Positions 46,769 to 56,567 of a DNA stretch of 64,000 bases are shown here, in pieces. The notes under the pieces are model-generated. The model saw nothing but the letters and a program-made list of their open reading frames with translations, did not search any database and was not told where the DNA came from. The position numbers and the translations under genes are program-made. Origin of the DNA: Planctomycetota bacterium (GTDB taxonomy: Bacteria > Planctomycetota > MHYJ01 > WSZJ01); assembly GCA_038060895.1 (NCBI GenBank), contig JBBTCT010000011.1, positions 57,919 to 121,918 of the forward strand. The letters are read 5' to 3'. Position 1 is the stretch's first letter. Each line of letters opens with the position of its first letter.

Positions 46769-48058
46769 TCACTCGCGCCGCGGACGGATCGCAGCGAGGA
46801 CCGGCCCGACCCAGCTCGAGAGGACCGCCGCCCAGAGGTAGGGCTGGAAGAGCAGCGCTGCCAGGACGTCGAAGATGCGATAGCTGGAGTTCCCGGATAT
46901 CGACACCGCGACTCCCGCGCAGATGATGAGACCAGCGAAGGCCATGCCTCCCAGGTAAAGGGCGAGGGCGACTCGGGGCCATCCACCGGAGGACATGAAG
47001 AGGGCCACTAGCGGAAACAGCAGCCCGGCGAATACCAGGGAGATGATGAGCAGCACGGGCCGGCCTGTCGCGTAGCGCGCCACCAGGAAAGTCAGGGAGG
47101 CCGCCGTGAGGATCCCGACCCAGTTCGCTTCGATCGTCTGCGACGCCGAGAGTGCATGGCGGCCGAAGCGATTCAGGCGGAGCAACAGGTTGAAGAGGGG
47201 CGACGCAAACCACGTGGTCAGAGCGAAGACGATGTAGGCCGTTACGAACGCGTCGGCCGCGGCCTGGACGGCGGGGCTCGCGTCTTTCACCTTCGATACG
47301 AACTGCACGGCCAGCCACAGGCCGAGGAAGAGGCCGATCCGCCAGCGGGAGTCCAGCCTCCCGGCCCAGAGGAAGTACCGCAGGAGAATTCGATAGGGCC
47401 ACCAGCGCGCCTTCATGGCTTCCACGATGCCCGCCCGCGCCCAGTCGCTCGTCGGGTTGAGCCGCAGGGATTCGCGGAAGCTTTCCATCGCTTCCTTCGC
47501 CTTCCCCGCGTGCAGGTGCGCCCAGCCCTGGTTGGCGTGAGTGACCGCGTCCTCCGGGTCCCGCTCGAGCGCGCCCTGCATCGTGGTGGCGGCCTCGGCG
47601 CGCCGCCCCAGGCGAACCAGCGCCATAGCCCTCATGTTGGCGCACTGCGAGTCGGTCGGGTCGATCGACAGCCCGTGGTCGGCAGCCTCGAGCGCCAGGG
47701 CTGGTTTTTCTTCCAGCATGTGAATCGCCGCCAGCGTTCCCCAGTACTGCTCTTTCCCGGGATCGAGCCGGATCGCCTCGAGAAGCGCCGCGCGCGCTTC
47801 GGCGTAGCTGTCCCGCGCCAGCAGCACGCGGCCGTGGGCGTAGTGCGAGAAGCCGTCGTCGGGGGCGAGGGCAATTCCGTCGCGCGCTTCAACGGTCGCG
47901 TCCTGGAACCTCTCCATTTCGAGGAGGCACAGCGCCAGCCACGAGTGGGCGGTGGCATCGGAGGGAGACTCGCCGAGCGCCTGCCGAATCTCGGCCTCGG
48001 CGAGTTCGTGGCGGTCCTGCTGGTACAGCATGATGCCGCGGAGAAGGTGCGGGTTCAC
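46769..48058 (-). CDS. TPR-repeat protein with C-terminal multi-TM domain
   Basis: About six TPRs followed by ~6 hydrophobic helices; GTGA coupling to the AAA gene. Confidence 0.8.
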   Translation of the reverse strand: MNPHLLRGIMLYQQDRHELAEAEIRQALGESPSDATAHSWLALCLLEMERFQDATVEARDGIALAPDDGFSHYAHGRVLLARDSYAEARAALLEAIRLDPGKEQYWGTLAAIHMLEEKPALALEAADHGLSIDPTDSQCANMRAMALVRLGRRAEAATTMQGALERDPEDAVTHANQGWAHLHAGKAKEAMESFRESLRLNPTSDWARAGIVEAMKARWWPYRILLRYFLWAGRLDSRWRIGLFLGLWLAVQFVSKVKDASPAVQAAADAFVTAYIVFALTTWFASPLFNLLLRLNRFGRHALSASQTIEANWVGILTAASLTFLVARYATGRPVLLIISLVFAGLLFPLVALFMSSGGWPRVALALYLGGMAFAGLIICAGVAVSISGNSSYRIFDVLAALLFQPYLWAAVLSSWVGPVLAAIRPRRE

Positions 48059-49398
48059 ATTTTCAGGTATTTGAGGATGTCGTCGTAAATGCCGCCGGCA
48101 TTGGAATAAAGGGCGTAGTTCCGCGCTGTCGCGAACCACTCTTTCGTGCTTGGTTTCACGGACTTCGCGGCGTCGATGAGGTCGCGGGTGGCCAGCGGTT
48201 GAAGCGCGCCTTTCTTCATCGCCTCGGAGAGCTTCCTTTCGATGGCGACGTCCACCACGGACTTCAGATCGGCGCCCGAAAAACCGTCCGTGCGCGCGGC
48301 GATCGCTTCGAAGTCGAGGGTCCCCTGCGGTTTCCCGGCGCACAGGATGCCGAGAATCGAGGCCCGTGCCGGGGCGTCCGGCGGGGGGACGAAGAGAATG
48401 CGGTCGAAGCGTCCCGGGCGCCGGAAGGCGGAATCGAGATGCCAGGGGGCGTTGGTCGCGGCGAGGACGAGGACGCCGTCATTGGAGCTGGTGGCGCCGT
48501 CGAGTTCAGAGAGGAACTGGTTGATGATGTGGCGGCCACCGGCCTGCCTCATGTCCGTGCGGCTGGCGCCGAGGGCGTCGACCTCGTCGAAAAAAAGGAC
48601 GCAGGGTTTGTGCGAACGCGCATTGTCGAAAATGCCGTGGAGGTTGCGCTCGCTCGAACCGATCCACATGTCGAGCACGTCATGGATGCCGATCGAGAGA
48701 AACCCCGCGCGGACCTCGCCGGCCGTCGCTCGCGCGAGGTGCGTCTTCCCGCACCCGGGCGGGCCGTACATGAGGATTCCGCCTCCGAGAGGCTTGCCAT
48801 AGGCGCGGTAGATCTCCGGGTTGGCGAGCGGATGAATGATCTTGAGGCGGATTTCCTCCTTCAGCGCGTCCATTCCGCCCACGTCGGCAAACGCGATCTT
48901 CGGCCGCTCAACGTCCGGCGATTCCGGCCGCTCTTCCCTGTCTCCGCCGCCGGCGCGGAGACGACCCTCCGATACCGCCGAGTCCGGCCCCGCGCCGATC
49001 CCGAGGCGGGACGCCAGCTCCGGGTCCGCCGAATCCGGATCCGCGTCCAGCGCACTCTTGTAGGCACGCACGGCACGCTCCGCATCTCCGCCCTTGAGCA
49101 ACAGCCGCGCATGAAGGAGAAACGCCGAAGCCGGTGTGTCCCTTCGCTTGACCAGGTCCTCCACGATCACCAGCGCCGCCGACGACTTTCCCTGCCGGTC
49201 GAACGCCGACGCCAGGCCAAGCTTCAATGCCGTGTCCTCCGGCGACCGCTTCAACGCCTCCCGGTACTCCGCCTCCGCCTCCGGCGCGCGCCCCAGGCCC
49301 ATCAGGGTTTCGGCGAGGTGGCGTCGAAGCGGAACGTTTTCCGGAGAGACCCGAAGGGCGTCCCTGAGGCCCTGCGTGGGATCGGAACTCGGATTCAT
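48055..49398 (-). CDS. TPR + classical AAA+ ATPase (Vps4/Cdc48 clade)
   Basis: N-terminal TPRs; GPPGCGKT, MWIG pore loop, FFDE, ATNAPWHLDSAFRRPGRFD. Confidence 0.9.
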   Translation of the reverse strand: MNPSSDPTQGLRDALRVSPENVPLRRHLAETLMGLGRAPEAEAEYREALKRSPEDTALKLGLASAFDRQGKSSAALVIVEDLVKRRDTPASAFLLHARLLLKGGDAERAVRAYKSALDADPDSADPELASRLGIGAGPDSAVSEGRLRAGGGDREERPESPDVERPKIAFADVGGMDALKEEIRLKIIHPLANPEIYRAYGKPLGGGILMYGPPGCGKTHLARATAGEVRAGFLSIGIHDVLDMWIGSSERNLHGIFDNARSHKPCVLFFDEVDALGASRTDMRQAGGRHIINQFLSELDGATSSNDGVLVLAATNAPWHLDSAFRRPGRFDRILFVPPPDAPARASILGILCAGKPQGTLDFEAIAARTDGFSGADLKSVVDVAIERKLSEAMKKGALQPLATRDLIDAAKSVKPSTKEWFATARNYALYSNAGGIYDDILKYLKM

Positions 49399-49500
49399 GC
49401 CTGCATGTTAGGACATGAAGCGGAATTCCGTGAACGGACTATGCCCTGCGGGGTCTAAGATCTGCCTGGCTTGGGGTCCATTCATACTCGGGGAGGGGTC

Positions 49501-49950
49501 ATGCTGCAGTCGCGCCGCGCTCGCGTCGGGGCGCTGGGTGCCGGATTTTTCGCGCTCATCCTTGGCTGCGCCGACCCGGCGAAGCAGCCGGTCTCGCACT
49601 GGATCACGCAGTTGCGCGAGAACGACGCCGACGATCGCGCCGAGGCGCGGGAATGGCTCGCGAAGAAAGGCAAGGACGCGGTGCCGGAGCTGGTGAAACT
49701 GCTCGCCGACGACGACACGGTCGTCGCCATGTCGGCAAGCGACGTCCTCGTGAGAATCGGCCGCGACGCCGTTCCCGAACTAGTCGGGACTCTCAGGGCC
49801 GGCGCCCCGAAAGCGCGCGGATGGGCGGCCCGGACGCTCGGGGCCATCGGAAAGGACGCGATCGAGGCCGCACCGGCGCTGCACGAAGCACGAAAAGACC
49901 CCGCGCTTCGCACGGCCGCGCTGGATGCGCTTCAGAAAATCGGAAACTAG
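49501..49950 (+). CDS. HEAT-repeat lipoprotein H1 (array unit 1)
   Basis: ILGC lipobox-like motif; G.DAVP.L, R.WAA..LG.IG, DPALR.AA..AL.KI. Confidence 0.8.
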   Translation: MLQSRRARVGALGAGFFALILGCADPAKQPVSHWITQLRENDADDRAEAREWLAKKGKDAVPELVKLLADDDTVVAMSASDVLVRIGRDAVPELVGTLRAGAPKARGWAARTLGAIGKDAIEAAPALHEARKDPALRTAALDALQKIGN

Positions 49951-49969
49951 CGACAAAGGAGTGGGGCTC

Positions 49970-51418
49970 ATGAAGCTGAGAACATGGATTGCGGGGACCG
50001 TGGCCTCCGCATCGATCGTCGCGGGCGCCGTCGTCGCTCTGCGCGTCGCATCGCCGGAAGCGGGCGCAGCCTGCTGCTACTTCGCCGCGCAGGAAAAAGA
50101 CATCAATCAGCCGGGGCAGAAAACGCTGATCACGTGGGACCCCGACCGGAAGCTCGAAACGTTCACGGTGCAGCCTAAATTCGAAGGGAACGCGGTCGAT
50201 TTCGGCATGGTGATCCCGACGCCCTCGCAGCCCAAGCTCGACGAGATGCCGCGCGACTTCTTCAAGGACCTCGCGATCTACACCATCCTCATGCCGCTCC
50301 CGCAGCCCATCTGGGCGGACCTGCATCTCTACCCCTACGACGAAAAGTCCGATGGCGCCGTGACGCTCGGCGCCGGCGGCGGGTCCGGCGGCGCGAAGCG
50401 CTCCGCGAAGAACGGCGACAGGGGCGTCGTCGTGCTGGAAAGCGGCGTGGTCGGCTCGCTCGATTACAAGGTCATCACGGCCGACGATGCGAGCGGGCTT
50501 TTCGACTGGCTGAAGGAAAACAACTACGTCTACTCGGGCGACCAGTCGACGCTCGATTTCTACATCAAGAAGAAGTGGTTCTTCACGGTGATGAAGATCG
50601 ATCCGAAGCAGATGAAGAAGGGCTCCAAGGGGGAGTACTCGGGCGAAGTGACGCCGACGCGCTTCACGTTCGCGTCGAACAAGTGCGTATACCCGCTGAA
50701 GATCACGGCGCTGTCGGTCAAGGACAAGACCGACGCGCTCTTCTACGTGCAGGCTCCGCAGGAGATGGACCTCGAGGGCGACCTGTCGTGGATGCACTCG
50801 TACCGGGTGATGTGGCTGACGTTTCAGCTGGGCTGCTCGGCGAACCAGGACCAGCAGGCCGAGCTGCAGCAGCGCAACCAGTGGGTGCAGGCCAAGCTGA
50901 AGAAGGACCCGAAGTACGAGACCACGAAGCTCGAGTGGGCGCGCAAGCTCGGCGAGGAGGACATCGCCGTTCTCGAGGAGCCGCTCCGGAATTACGGACA
51001 GATGGGCGGCGGGACGATGGCGGCGGGCGACAAGATGGTGACGCAGGAGGAATTCCTGAAGACGGTCTGGGACGACTACGAGAAGAGCAAAGAGAACAAA
51101 GACGACGCCTACGCGAAGACGCGCCTGAAGGAGCTGGAGCAGATGTACACGCCCGCCAAGGGAGCGATCGTGAAGGTCGCGAACCCGAACGGCCAGTTCA
51201 CCGGATCGCAATGGATGTGGTACCCGGCCCGCGAGGCCCCGGCAGAGGACGTAAAGGGGCTGTCGAGGTTGAAGGGGCACCTGCAGAAGGGGCAGTGGGT
51301 GACGAAGTTCCGGAAGGTGCTGCGGAAAGATGAGATGACGGATGACCTGGTGCTGGTGCCGGTGGCGGCGGGGAAAGAACAGGAGTACGTGAGGATCATG
51401 CCGACATCTCCGCCGTAG
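49970..51418 (+). CDS. Secreted DUF2330-like protein A1
   Basis: RBS AAAGGAG; signal peptide + ACCYF; DFGMVIPTP, VGSLDY, L.DWL.EN.Y, YP....LS motifs of DUF2330; ends IMPTSPP. Confidence 0.85.
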   Translation: MKLRTWIAGTVASASIVAGAVVALRVASPEAGAACCYFAAQEKDINQPGQKTLITWDPDRKLETFTVQPKFEGNAVDFGMVIPTPSQPKLDEMPRDFFKDLAIYTILMPLPQPIWADLHLYPYDEKSDGAVTLGAGGGSGGAKRSAKNGDRGVVVLESGVVGSLDYKVITADDASGLFDWLKENNYVYSGDQSTLDFYIKKKWFFTVMKIDPKQMKKGSKGEYSGEVTPTRFTFASNKCVYPLKITALSVKDKTDALFYVQAPQEMDLEGDLSWMHSYRVMWLTFQLGCSANQDQQAELQQRNQWVQAKLKKDPKYETTKLEWARKLGEEDIAVLEEPLRNYGQMGGGTMAAGDKMVTQEEFLKTVWDDYEKSKENKDDAYAKTRLKELEQMYTPAKGAIVKVANPNGQFTGSQWMWYPAREAPAEDVKGLSRLKGHLQKGQWVTKFRKVLRKDEMTDDLVLVPVAAGKEQEYVRIMPTSPP

Positions 51419-51480
51419 AAAAACGTCAACGACAACTCCAAATCCCAACTCCAACCCCAAATTCCAACGGAAAACGGCTG

Positions 51481-52911
51481 ATGAACAGAATTCACAGTTT
51501 GGCGCTGGCAGGAAGCGTGATGGCCCTCGGCGTCATGGGCATCGCAACGACTGCATTCAGAACACCGGCGGCCGACGCCGCCTGCTGCTACTTCGCCGCG
51601 CAGGAAAAAGACATCAACCAGCCGGGGCAGAAGGCCTTTATCACGTGGGACGACGACCGGAAGGTCGAATCCTTCACCGTGCAGCCGAAGTTCGAAGGCA
51701 ACGCCGCCGACTTCGGAATGGTGATTCCGACCCCTTCCCAGCCCAAGCTCGACGAAATGCCCCGCGACTTTTTCAAAGACCTCGCCATCTACACCATTCT
51801 CATGCCCCTTCCCCAGCGCATCTGGACCGGACTCGACCCCCAGCCCCCGAAGGGCGGCGCGCTCGGCGCCAAACGTGGCGAGGCCGCGGGCGCAGGGAAC
51901 GAGATGGAGAAGAAGGAAAAGGGCGTGACGGTTCTGGAGGCCGGCGTCGTGGGCTCGCTCGATTACAAGATCATCGTCGCCGAGCAGGCCAGCGGGCTCT
52001 TCGATTGGCTCAAGGAAAACAGCTACGTCTACTCGGGTGACCAGACCACGCTCGATTTCTACATCAGGAAGAAGTGGTTCTTCACGGTGATGAAGATCGA
52101 CCCGAAGCAGATGAAGAAGAACGCAGACGGTTCCTACCTCGGGGAAATCACGCCGACTCGCTTCACGTTCGCCAGCGACAAATGCGTCTACCCCCTGAGA
52201 ATCACGGCGCTCTCCGTCAAGGACAAGACGGACGCGCTCTTCTATGTGCAGGCCGCGAAGCAGATGGACCTTCCGGGGGACCTTTCCTGGATGCACAGTT
52301 ACCGCGTGATGTGGCTCACCTACATGCTGGGCTGCGGCGCGAACGCGGATCAGCAGCGCGAGCTGCAGGAGCGGAACCAGTGGGTCGCGGCCAAGAAGGC
52401 GAAGGACCCGAAGTACGACACGACGAAACTCGAATGGGCCCGCAAGCTCGGTGACGACGATTTGGCCGTGCTGGAAGACCCTCTGGCAAATTACGCCCAG
52501 CTCGGCACGGGTGGACTGCCCGCCAACGACAAGGCGATCACGCGTGAGGATTTCCTGAAGGAGATCTGGGGCGAGTACGAAAAGAACGGTTCCTCGAACG
52601 ACGAGTACGCGAAGAACCGCCTGAAGCAGATTGAGAAGATGTATGCGCCCGAGAAGGGGATGATCGTGAGGATGGGGCGCGAAGGGCAACAGGGGCCGGC
52701 GCAGTACATGTGGTATCCCGCTCGCGAAGCGCCGGCAGAGGACGTCAAGGCGCTGGCGAGGCTGAAGGGGCACCTGCAGAAGGGCCAGTGGGTGACGAAA
52801 TTCCGCAAGATCCTGCGGAAGGACGAGATGACGGACGACCTCGTTCTCACGCCCGTGGCCGCCGGGAACGAGCAGGAGTATCTCCGCATCATGCCGACAT
52901 CGCCCCCGTAG
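51481..52911 (+). CDS. Secreted DUF2330-like protein B1
   Basis: Paralog of A1 with a type-B signal peptide (LALAGSVMALGV). Confidence 0.85.
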   Translation: MNRIHSLALAGSVMALGVMGIATTAFRTPAADAACCYFAAQEKDINQPGQKAFITWDDDRKVESFTVQPKFEGNAADFGMVIPTPSQPKLDEMPRDFFKDLAIYTILMPLPQRIWTGLDPQPPKGGALGAKRGEAAGAGNEMEKKEKGVTVLEAGVVGSLDYKIIVAEQASGLFDWLKENSYVYSGDQTTLDFYIRKKWFFTVMKIDPKQMKKNADGSYLGEITPTRFTFASDKCVYPLRITALSVKDKTDALFYVQAAKQMDLPGDLSWMHSYRVMWLTYMLGCGANADQQRELQERNQWVAAKKAKDPKYDTTKLEWARKLGDDDLAVLEDPLANYAQLGTGGLPANDKAITREDFLKEIWGEYEKNGSSNDEYAKNRLKQIEKMYAPEKGMIVRMGREGQQGPAQYMWYPAREAPAEDVKALARLKGHLQKGQWVTKFRKILRKDEMTDDLVLTPVAAGNEQEYLRIMPTSPP

Positions 52912-53009
52912 CGAGGCGGACGTCAATTGAGGGCGATTCTCCGACGGGTGCGGGGCGGGCAGGCGGGCACATCTTCGACTTCGGATCGAGCTGAATTCAA
53001 GGGGGGAAC

Positions 53010-53501
53010 ATGAACGTTTCGAGATGGCGCCTTAGCGCAGCGGTCATGGCGTGCCTGGCGCTCGCCGCGTGCGAGTCCGAAAACAAGTCGGCGAATGGCG
53101 GCGGAAGCGGCGGTTCCACTCCCCCGCCTTCGGATTCCGCCAACTATGACTGGGTCATCAAGGCCCGCGAGGCGGAGGCGACCGACCCAAAGTCTGCCGC
53201 CGACGCGCTTGCAAAGGGCGGGAAGGACGCACTTCCGTTCCTGATCTGGCAGCTCACGGGGGATGACACTCCCGTCGCCATGAAGGCGGCGGACGCGCTG
53301 GTTTCCATGGGCGCAGACGCGGTGCCTGCGCTGGACAAGGTCGTTCGGTCGAAGGCGGCCCACGGCCGCAACTGGGCGATCTGGGCCCTGGGGCAGATCG
53401 GCGCCGCTTCGAAGCCTGCGTCCGCGGGAATCCGCGACGCCGGCAAGGAACCGGCGTTCCGGCAAGTGTCCGCGGAAGCGCTTTCGAAAATAGAGCGGTA
53501 A
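53010..53501 (+). CDS. HEAT-repeat lipoprotein H2 (array unit 2)
   Basis: Lipobox LAAC; paralog of H1. Confidence 0.8.
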   Translation: MNVSRWRLSAAVMACLALAACESENKSANGGGSGGSTPPPSDSANYDWVIKAREAEATDPKSAADALAKGGKDALPFLIWQLTGDDTPVAMKAADALVSMGADAVPALDKVVRSKAAHGRNWAIWALGQIGAASKPASAGIRDAGKEPAFRQVSAEALSKIER

Positions 53502-53514
53502 AGGAGCCGAACCG

Positions 53515-54948
53515 ATGAAAAAACTCTGGATCGCCGGGGCCGCCGCGGCAGCGCTGGGAGCGCTCGTTGCTGCGCGCGTCGCCCTACCGAAGGCGGACGC
53601 CGCATGCTGCTACTTCGCGGCGCAGGAAAAGGACATCAACCAGCCGGGGCAGAAGGCTTTCGTGACCTGGGACCCGGACCGAAAGGTGGAGTCGTTCACC
53701 GTGCAGCCGAAATTCGAAGGGAACGCGGTCGATTTCGGCATGGTGATCCCGACGCCGGCGCAGCCCAAGCTCGACGAGATGCCGCGCGACTTCTTCAAGG
53801 ACCTGGCGATCTACACCATCCTGATGCCGCTTCCGCAGCCGATCTGGGTCGACCTGGTTGCGCGGCCGATGGAAGATGGCGGGGCGCCCTACCCTGCCGG
53901 CGCTGCCGCGGGAGGCGATTTTCTGCAAGGCGACCAGCCTCGCAAGGACCACGGCGTGAAGGTGCTCGAAGCGGGCGTTGTCGGCTCGCTCGACTACAAG
54001 ATCATCGTCGCCGAGCAGGCGAACGGGCTGTTCGACTGGCTGAAGGAGAACAATTACGTCTACTCCGGCGACCAGACGACGCTCGATTTCTACATCAGGA
54101 AAAAGTGGTTCTTCACGGTCATGAAGATCGACCCGAAGCAGATGAAGAGGGGAGCGAAAGGCGAATATTCCGGCGAGGTGACGCCGACGCGCTTCACCTT
54201 CGCGAGCGAGTCCTGCATCTACCCTCTGAAGATCACGCAGATCAGCGTGAAGGACAAGACCGACGCGCTCTTCTATGTGCAGGCTCCGCAGCAGATGGAC
54301 CTCCCCGGCGACCTGTCCTGGATGCACAGTTACCGCGTCATGTGGCTGACCTTCATGCTCGGCTGCTCGGCGGACGCGGACCAGCAGACGGAGCTGAACC
54401 AGCGGAACCAGTGGGTCCAGGCCAAGATGGCAAAGGACCCGAGGTACGAGACCACCAAGCTCGAGTGGGCGCGCAAACTCGGCGACGAGGACGTCGCCGT
54501 CCTCGAGGAGCCGCTTCGCAATTACGCCCAGATGGGCGGCGGGAATATGGCGAAGGGCGACAGGGTCGTGACGCAGGAAGAGTTCCTGAAGACGGTCTGG
54601 GACGAGTACGAGAAGTCGAAGGAGGGGAAGAACGACGAGTACGCGAAGGGCCGGCTCAAGCAGCTCGAGCAGATGTATCCGCCGTCGAAGGGCGCGATCG
54701 TGAAAGTAGCGAACCCGAACACGCAGTTCACGGGCTCGCAGTGGATGTGGAATCCCGCGCGAGAGGCTCCGGACGAGGACGTGAAAGGGCTGTCGCGGTT
54801 GAAAGGACACCTTGCGAAGGGGATGTGGGTGACGAAGTTCCGCAAGATCATCCGGAAGGACGAGATGGCGGACGACCTGCTGCTGGTTCCGGTGGCTGCG
54901 GGGAAAGAGCAGGAGTACGTGAGAATCATGCCGACATCTCCGCCGTAG
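53515..54948 (+). CDS. Secreted DUF2330-like protein A2
   Basis: RBS AAGGAG; WIAG type-A signal peptide. Confidence 0.85.
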   Translation: MKKLWIAGAAAAALGALVAARVALPKADAACCYFAAQEKDINQPGQKAFVTWDPDRKVESFTVQPKFEGNAVDFGMVIPTPAQPKLDEMPRDFFKDLAIYTILMPLPQPIWVDLVARPMEDGGAPYPAGAAAGGDFLQGDQPRKDHGVKVLEAGVVGSLDYKIIVAEQANGLFDWLKENNYVYSGDQTTLDFYIRKKWFFTVMKIDPKQMKRGAKGEYSGEVTPTRFTFASESCIYPLKITQISVKDKTDALFYVQAPQQMDLPGDLSWMHSYRVMWLTFMLGCSADADQQTELNQRNQWVQAKMAKDPRYETTKLEWARKLGDEDVAVLEEPLRNYAQMGGGNMAKGDRVVTQEEFLKTVWDEYEKSKEGKNDEYAKGRLKQLEQMYPPSKGAIVKVANPNTQFTGSQWMWNPAREAPDEDVKGLSRLKGHLAKGMWVTKFRKIIRKDEMADDLLLVPVAAGKEQEYVRIMPTSPP

Positions 54949-55013
54949 TCCCCCGGTGAGCGAAGCGAGCAAAGGGGGACTACGACCTGAGCGAGCGGAG
55001 CGAGACGAAGGGC
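54944..55013. repeat. REP-like double hairpin, copy 1
   Basis: cGTAGtccccc..gagcgaagcgag..gggggaCTACg followed by cctgagcgagcggagcgagacgaaggg. Confidence 0.8.
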
Positions 55014-55075
55014 ATGCGTCCCATCAAAACAACGCGTCAAGAAACGAAAACCGTGACGATCGGGGATCAAGCAAC

Positions 55076-56503
55076 ATGAAGCACAAGCTTGTCATTGCCT
55101 TGGCAGGGACCGTGATGGCTCTCGGCGTCGCGGGAATTGCCGCCATCAGCATCTACCCGCCCGGCGCGGGCGCGGCTTGCTGCTATTTCGCGGCGCAGGA
55201 AAAGGACATCAACCAGCCCGGGCAGAAGGCGTTCATCCAGTGGGATCCAGAGCGCCGCGTTGAGGCGTTCACCGTCCAGCCGCGCTTTGAGGGGAACGCC
55301 CTCGACTTTGGCATGGTGATCCCGACCCCCGCCCAGCCCAAGCTCGACGAGATGCCGCGCGACTTCTTCAAAGACCTCGCGATCTACACGATTCTCCTCC
55401 CGACCGCCCAGGCCATTTCCTTTGAGGACTTTTCCGGCGCCATCGGAGTGGCCTTCTCCGCGGGTGAGGAAGGGCCGGCCCCCGTCAACGACTCCGCCGC
55501 CAGGAAATTCGGAGTCAAAGTGCTCGAGGCCGGCGTTGTCGGATCGCTCGACTACAAGGTCATCGTCGCCGAACAGGCTTCGGGACTCTTCGACTGGCTC
55601 AAGGAAAACAGATACGTCTACTCCGGCAACGAAGAAACCCTCGACTTCTACATCCGCAAGAAGTGGTTCTTCACGGTGATGAAGATCGACCCGAAGCAGA
55701 TGAAAAAGACGGCCGAGGGCAGCTACGCCGGCGAAGTCACGCCGACCCGGTTCACATTCGCCAGCGATGCCTGCATCTATCCGCTGAAGATCACGCAGGT
55801 TTCTGTGAAAGAATCCACCGACGCGCTGTTCTACGTGCAGTCCCCGGAGCAGATGGACCTCACGGGCGACATGACGTGGATGCCGTCCTACCGGATCATG
55901 TGGCTCACGTGGATGCTGGGATGCTCGATTTCGGACGAGCAACAGCAGGAGCTGAACGTGCGCCAGGCATGGCTGAACGAACAGACCGACAAGGACGCCG
56001 CGTTCACGACGACGAAACTCGAGTGGGCGCGGAAGCTGGCCGACTCAGACCTCTCAGTTCTCGAGGACCCCCTCCGCTTCTGGCCCCAGGCCGGCGGAGC
56101 GCCCGTGGCCGAAGGTGACGTGCTGATCTCAACGGAGACGCTCATCCAGGAGGCGCGCGAGTTCCTCAAGACCGCGCATCCGCAGGATCCGGGGCAGGTG
56201 AAGTCGGGCCTGGCGCGCATCGAGAAAGAGTACGGATCCGCGAAGGGCGACATCGTGAAACTGGCGCACCCGGAAAAATCGCCGATCGGAAGCCGGTACG
56301 TCTACTACCCGCGACGCGACGCACCCGAAGAAGACCTGAAGGGGTTGTCGCGGCTGAAGGGGCACCTGCAAAAGGGCCAATGGCTGACGAAATTCCGCAG
56401 GATCGTGAGGAAAGAAGAAATGACGGATGACCTGGTGCTGGTGCCGGTGTCGAAGGGGCAGGAACAGGAGTACGTGAGGATCATGCCGACGAGCCCACCG
56501 TAG
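55076..56503 (+). CDS. Secreted DUF2330-like protein B2 (most divergent copy)
   Basis: IALAGTVMALGV type-B signal peptide; conserved termini. Confidence 0.85.
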   Translation: MKHKLVIALAGTVMALGVAGIAAISIYPPGAGAACCYFAAQEKDINQPGQKAFIQWDPERRVEAFTVQPRFEGNALDFGMVIPTPAQPKLDEMPRDFFKDLAIYTILLPTAQAISFEDFSGAIGVAFSAGEEGPAPVNDSAARKFGVKVLEAGVVGSLDYKVIVAEQASGLFDWLKENRYVYSGNEETLDFYIRKKWFFTVMKIDPKQMKKTAEGSYAGEVTPTRFTFASDACIYPLKITQVSVKESTDALFYVQSPEQMDLTGDMTWMPSYRIMWLTWMLGCSISDEQQQELNVRQAWLNEQTDKDAAFTTTKLEWARKLADSDLSVLEDPLRFWPQAGGAPVAEGDVLISTETLIQEAREFLKTAHPQDPGQVKSGLARIEKEYGSAKGDIVKLAHPEKSPIGSRYVYYPRRDAPEEDLKGLSRLKGHLQKGQWLTKFRRIVRKEEMTDDLVLVPVSKGQEQEYVRIMPTSPP

Positions 56504-56567
56504 TCCCCGTGCGAGCGAAGCGAGCAAAGGGGACTACGCCCTGAGTGAGTGAAGCGAGTCGAAGGGC
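56499..56567. repeat. REP-like double hairpin, copy 2
   Basis: cGTAGtcccc..gagcgaagcgag..ggggaCTACg followed by ccctgagtgagtgaagcgagtcgaaggg. Confidence 0.8.

Noticed and set aside
49793-56527. Repeated long minus-strand ORFs (555, 605, 462 aa etc.) similar to each other
   Set aside because: Their similarity simply mirrors the conserved plus-strand paralogs
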